DNA of 64,000 nucleotides from Microbotryum violaceum (Eukaryota): NCBI GenBank assembly GCA_001244265.2, contig CDLV01000016.1, positions 372,001 to 436,000 of the forward strand, read 5' to 3'. Shown piece by piece: positions 62,891 to 64,000 of this stretch (position 1 is its first letter; each line of letters starts with the position of its first letter). The notes under the pieces were generated by a model. It saw only the letters and a program-made list of their open reading frames with translations, ran no database searches and was not told where the DNA came from. The position numbers and the translations under genes were made by a program.

Positions 62891-64000
62891 TCAAACGGGC
62901 TTCTCCATCGGCGTCAGGCTCGCATAGTCGATTGATCCATCCGACGTTCTACCGAATAAACGAAGTCGTTTCAGACCGCCATCTGTGGGAGAGATCGACG
63001 CAAAGAGGAGGAGACGGGGATCAGCTTTTTCCCTCTCCGGAGGGGACGTAATCTCGGCGGTGCTCGACTGACCAGGGTATATCCTCAAGTACACATGGGT
63101 CCATCTCTTGCCTTTTTCCTTCAGTCCCCTGACGTGGTGGGCGTGAGCTCCGACATTCTGTCGATCCAACAAGCATGCCCAGCCTCGCATGTCATCCTCG
63201 ATCGAGGGAGTAATGGCTTTAGCTGTCCCGCTGTCGCCGGTTTTCGTCACTTCACACCCATAAAGTGCGACCTGGTCGGGGAAATTGCCTTTGAAATCTT
63301 TGGTGTCGATATCGCACCACTCCAAAAAGCCACCCCCTTGGCCCAGTTCAGCCACGAGCCAATCGCCTCGATCGGTATCCAAATGACCGCGAGAACGACG
63401 CGTATGCCACCCGTCTTCCCTGTCCTTTCCTCGTCCTGGCAGAAGGAGGTACGAGCCCACACCGTAATGTTCGTCCGAGGTCGAGGTGACGCGACCGCCC
63501 TGCAGGATAGAGGCGAGGTCGATCGGATCGGAGTCTGGGCCGCTTACCGACATGGGTACTATGACTTGACCTTAGGCTCGAAATCGACCGATCCCATCGT
63601 CGGGATGTTGAGTCACTTTGAGGTGCGTGAAGGGGCCCATGGGCTGGGGCAGAAGTAGAAAGTGTTGCTGCGCCGGTCCGAGCGGGGTCAGGGGCAGGAT
63701 TTGCTGCCACTGATAGGGGCTCGCCAAGGTCATGGTCTCAGCGTTCGCTCCTGCAATCTTCCGGCCGACAAAAAACATCTTATGTGCTCACTGTCATTCT
63801 TGATGAATTGGCCTGATGCGACCGTAGTGCCCCACACGTCCGTCGCTGGGCATTCATTGCCGGCGAAATGCCGAGTGCTTTCGGCACCACACGACACGCC
63901 GAGAAAGAATACATTTAGTGACACCGCGTCTTGAAGGTTCAGTAAGAGAGAAATTTTGAACGCACTCGATATCAAATCTTCTATCGTCCCTGCTGCTCCG
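62891..64000 (-). pseudogene. DAL2: Allantoicase, apparently disrupted; 5' part outside the window
   Basis: FDID|TRHFAGNE, THLKVTQHPDDGIGRFRA*G, DLASILQGG, DGWHTRRSR, IDTKDFKGNFP and RIYP|DGGLKRLRLFG. In-frame TAA at 63572-63574. Confidence 0.75.

Noticed and set aside
49972-63574. UAR-to-Tyr codon reassignment, suggested by both in-frame stops (Amt TAG, allantoicase TAA) falling at Tyr positions
   Set aside because: Conserved genes here end normally in TAA/TAG (annexin, ERG24, DIS3, MscS). Tyr codons are one substitution from UAR, and the allantoicase has other lesions.

Overview
Intron-rich fungal nuclear DNA, most consistent with a basidiomycete. A Pucciniomycotina/Microbotryomycetes-like source is my inference from intron density and gene style, not a database result. 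The window holds about 20 protein genes. Recognisable ones are a Zn2Cys6 transcription factor (partial), an annexin, TAN1, ERG24, MEMO1, DIS3/RRP44, RAI1/DXO, an MscS-like channel, a DUF4188-like protein, pyroglutamyl peptidase I, SEM1, two tandem ammonium transporters, a sideroflexin and a damaged allantoicase (partial). Two accessory zones stand out. (1) A ~6.9 kb nested transposon complex (21086-28010) lies between the head-to-head DIS3 and RAI1 genes. Its outer element has a perfect 146-bp inverted-repeat core and encloses a TTAA-flanked long-TIR element carrying a decayed Ulp1/C48 protease. That element is itself interrupted by a hAT-type MITE and is followed by a decayed Helitron Rep fragment. 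(2) A cluster of four co-oriented, micro-exon-built secreted-protein genes (34.6-45.6 kb) share an X-Pro dipeptide pro-region and short amphipathic modules split by phase-2 introns. One of them looks like a Kex2-processed repeat precursor with two xCPFLAG peptides. The cluster also contains a TGT..ACA long-TIR element and a tRNA-like gene with an apparent UCA anticodon. Exon boundaries were inferred by eye, so gene limits are approximate where stated.
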